Below, piece by piece: positions 63,680 to 64,000 of a stretch of 64,000 nucleotides of DNA. How positions within the stretch are numbered: the first letter of the stretch is position 1; each line of letters begins with the position of its first letter. The DNA comes from Phoronis australis (Eukaryota; Animalia; Phoronida), in assembly GCA_002633005.1 (NCBI GenBank), contig NMRA01000141.1:421609-485608 (forward strand), read 5' to 3'. Position numbers and translations under genes: made by a program. A model generated the notes under the pieces. It had not been told where the DNA came from. It saw only the letters and a list, made by a program, of their open reading frames with translations, and searched no databases.

Positions 63680-64000
63680 CTTTTTCAACACAAATAATGA
63701 CAAACAAGAAATGCAATGAGTGATGGTCATCTGCACTTTTTTGTGAAAAATCTCATCAACTTAGGACAAAAAGTAATTGCCAAAATTGATTCTTTCAATT
63801 TTCGTAAATCTTTTTCTAACACTGCTGTGAATGCACACAAACTCAGTTCTCAAGACATTGTCTGATCACAATATTAAACTAAAAAATGGTGAAGCATTTA
63901 TCTGGTACTACTTATAATTTATGGAAAAGATGGAAAAATAAAAATTCACTCATCTGTCATATTGTCTGGCTAATTTGGCAAGATTTTACTGTGCACAAAT

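Overview
AT-rich, repeat-dense genomic DNA from an animal draft assembly, most likely a marine invertebrate. It has one 772-nt N gap and two single-N joins that look like uncollapsed haplotypes. The main gene is a complete 11-coding-exon polypeptide GalNAc-transferase of the GALNT11/pgant35A subfamily (+ strand, 33496-50929, 620 aa by manual splicing). Converging on it is the 3' part of an unidentified, partly coiled-coil protein gene (- strand, at least 5 exons, 57683-63679, continuing beyond the window). The rest is a mosaic of transposon remains: a decayed Gypsy pol with PPT and LTR, Penelope-like fragments (one a fold-back with TSD and a degenerate hammerhead-like motif), Helentron/HINE elements, Kolobok- and Harbinger-type MITEs, four CA..TG MITEs with 5-bp TSDs, a solo LTR, a LINE tail, a tRNA-derived SINE and a THAP-domain remnant. 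I found no convincing new biological system. The best leads are a triplicated GALNT11 splice acceptor that creates a stop-containing decoy exon, the Penelope fold-back, the 5-bp-TSD MITE cohort, possibly overlapping 3' ends of the two genes, and a possible divergent micro-exon transcript. All calls come from manual reading; no searches were run.
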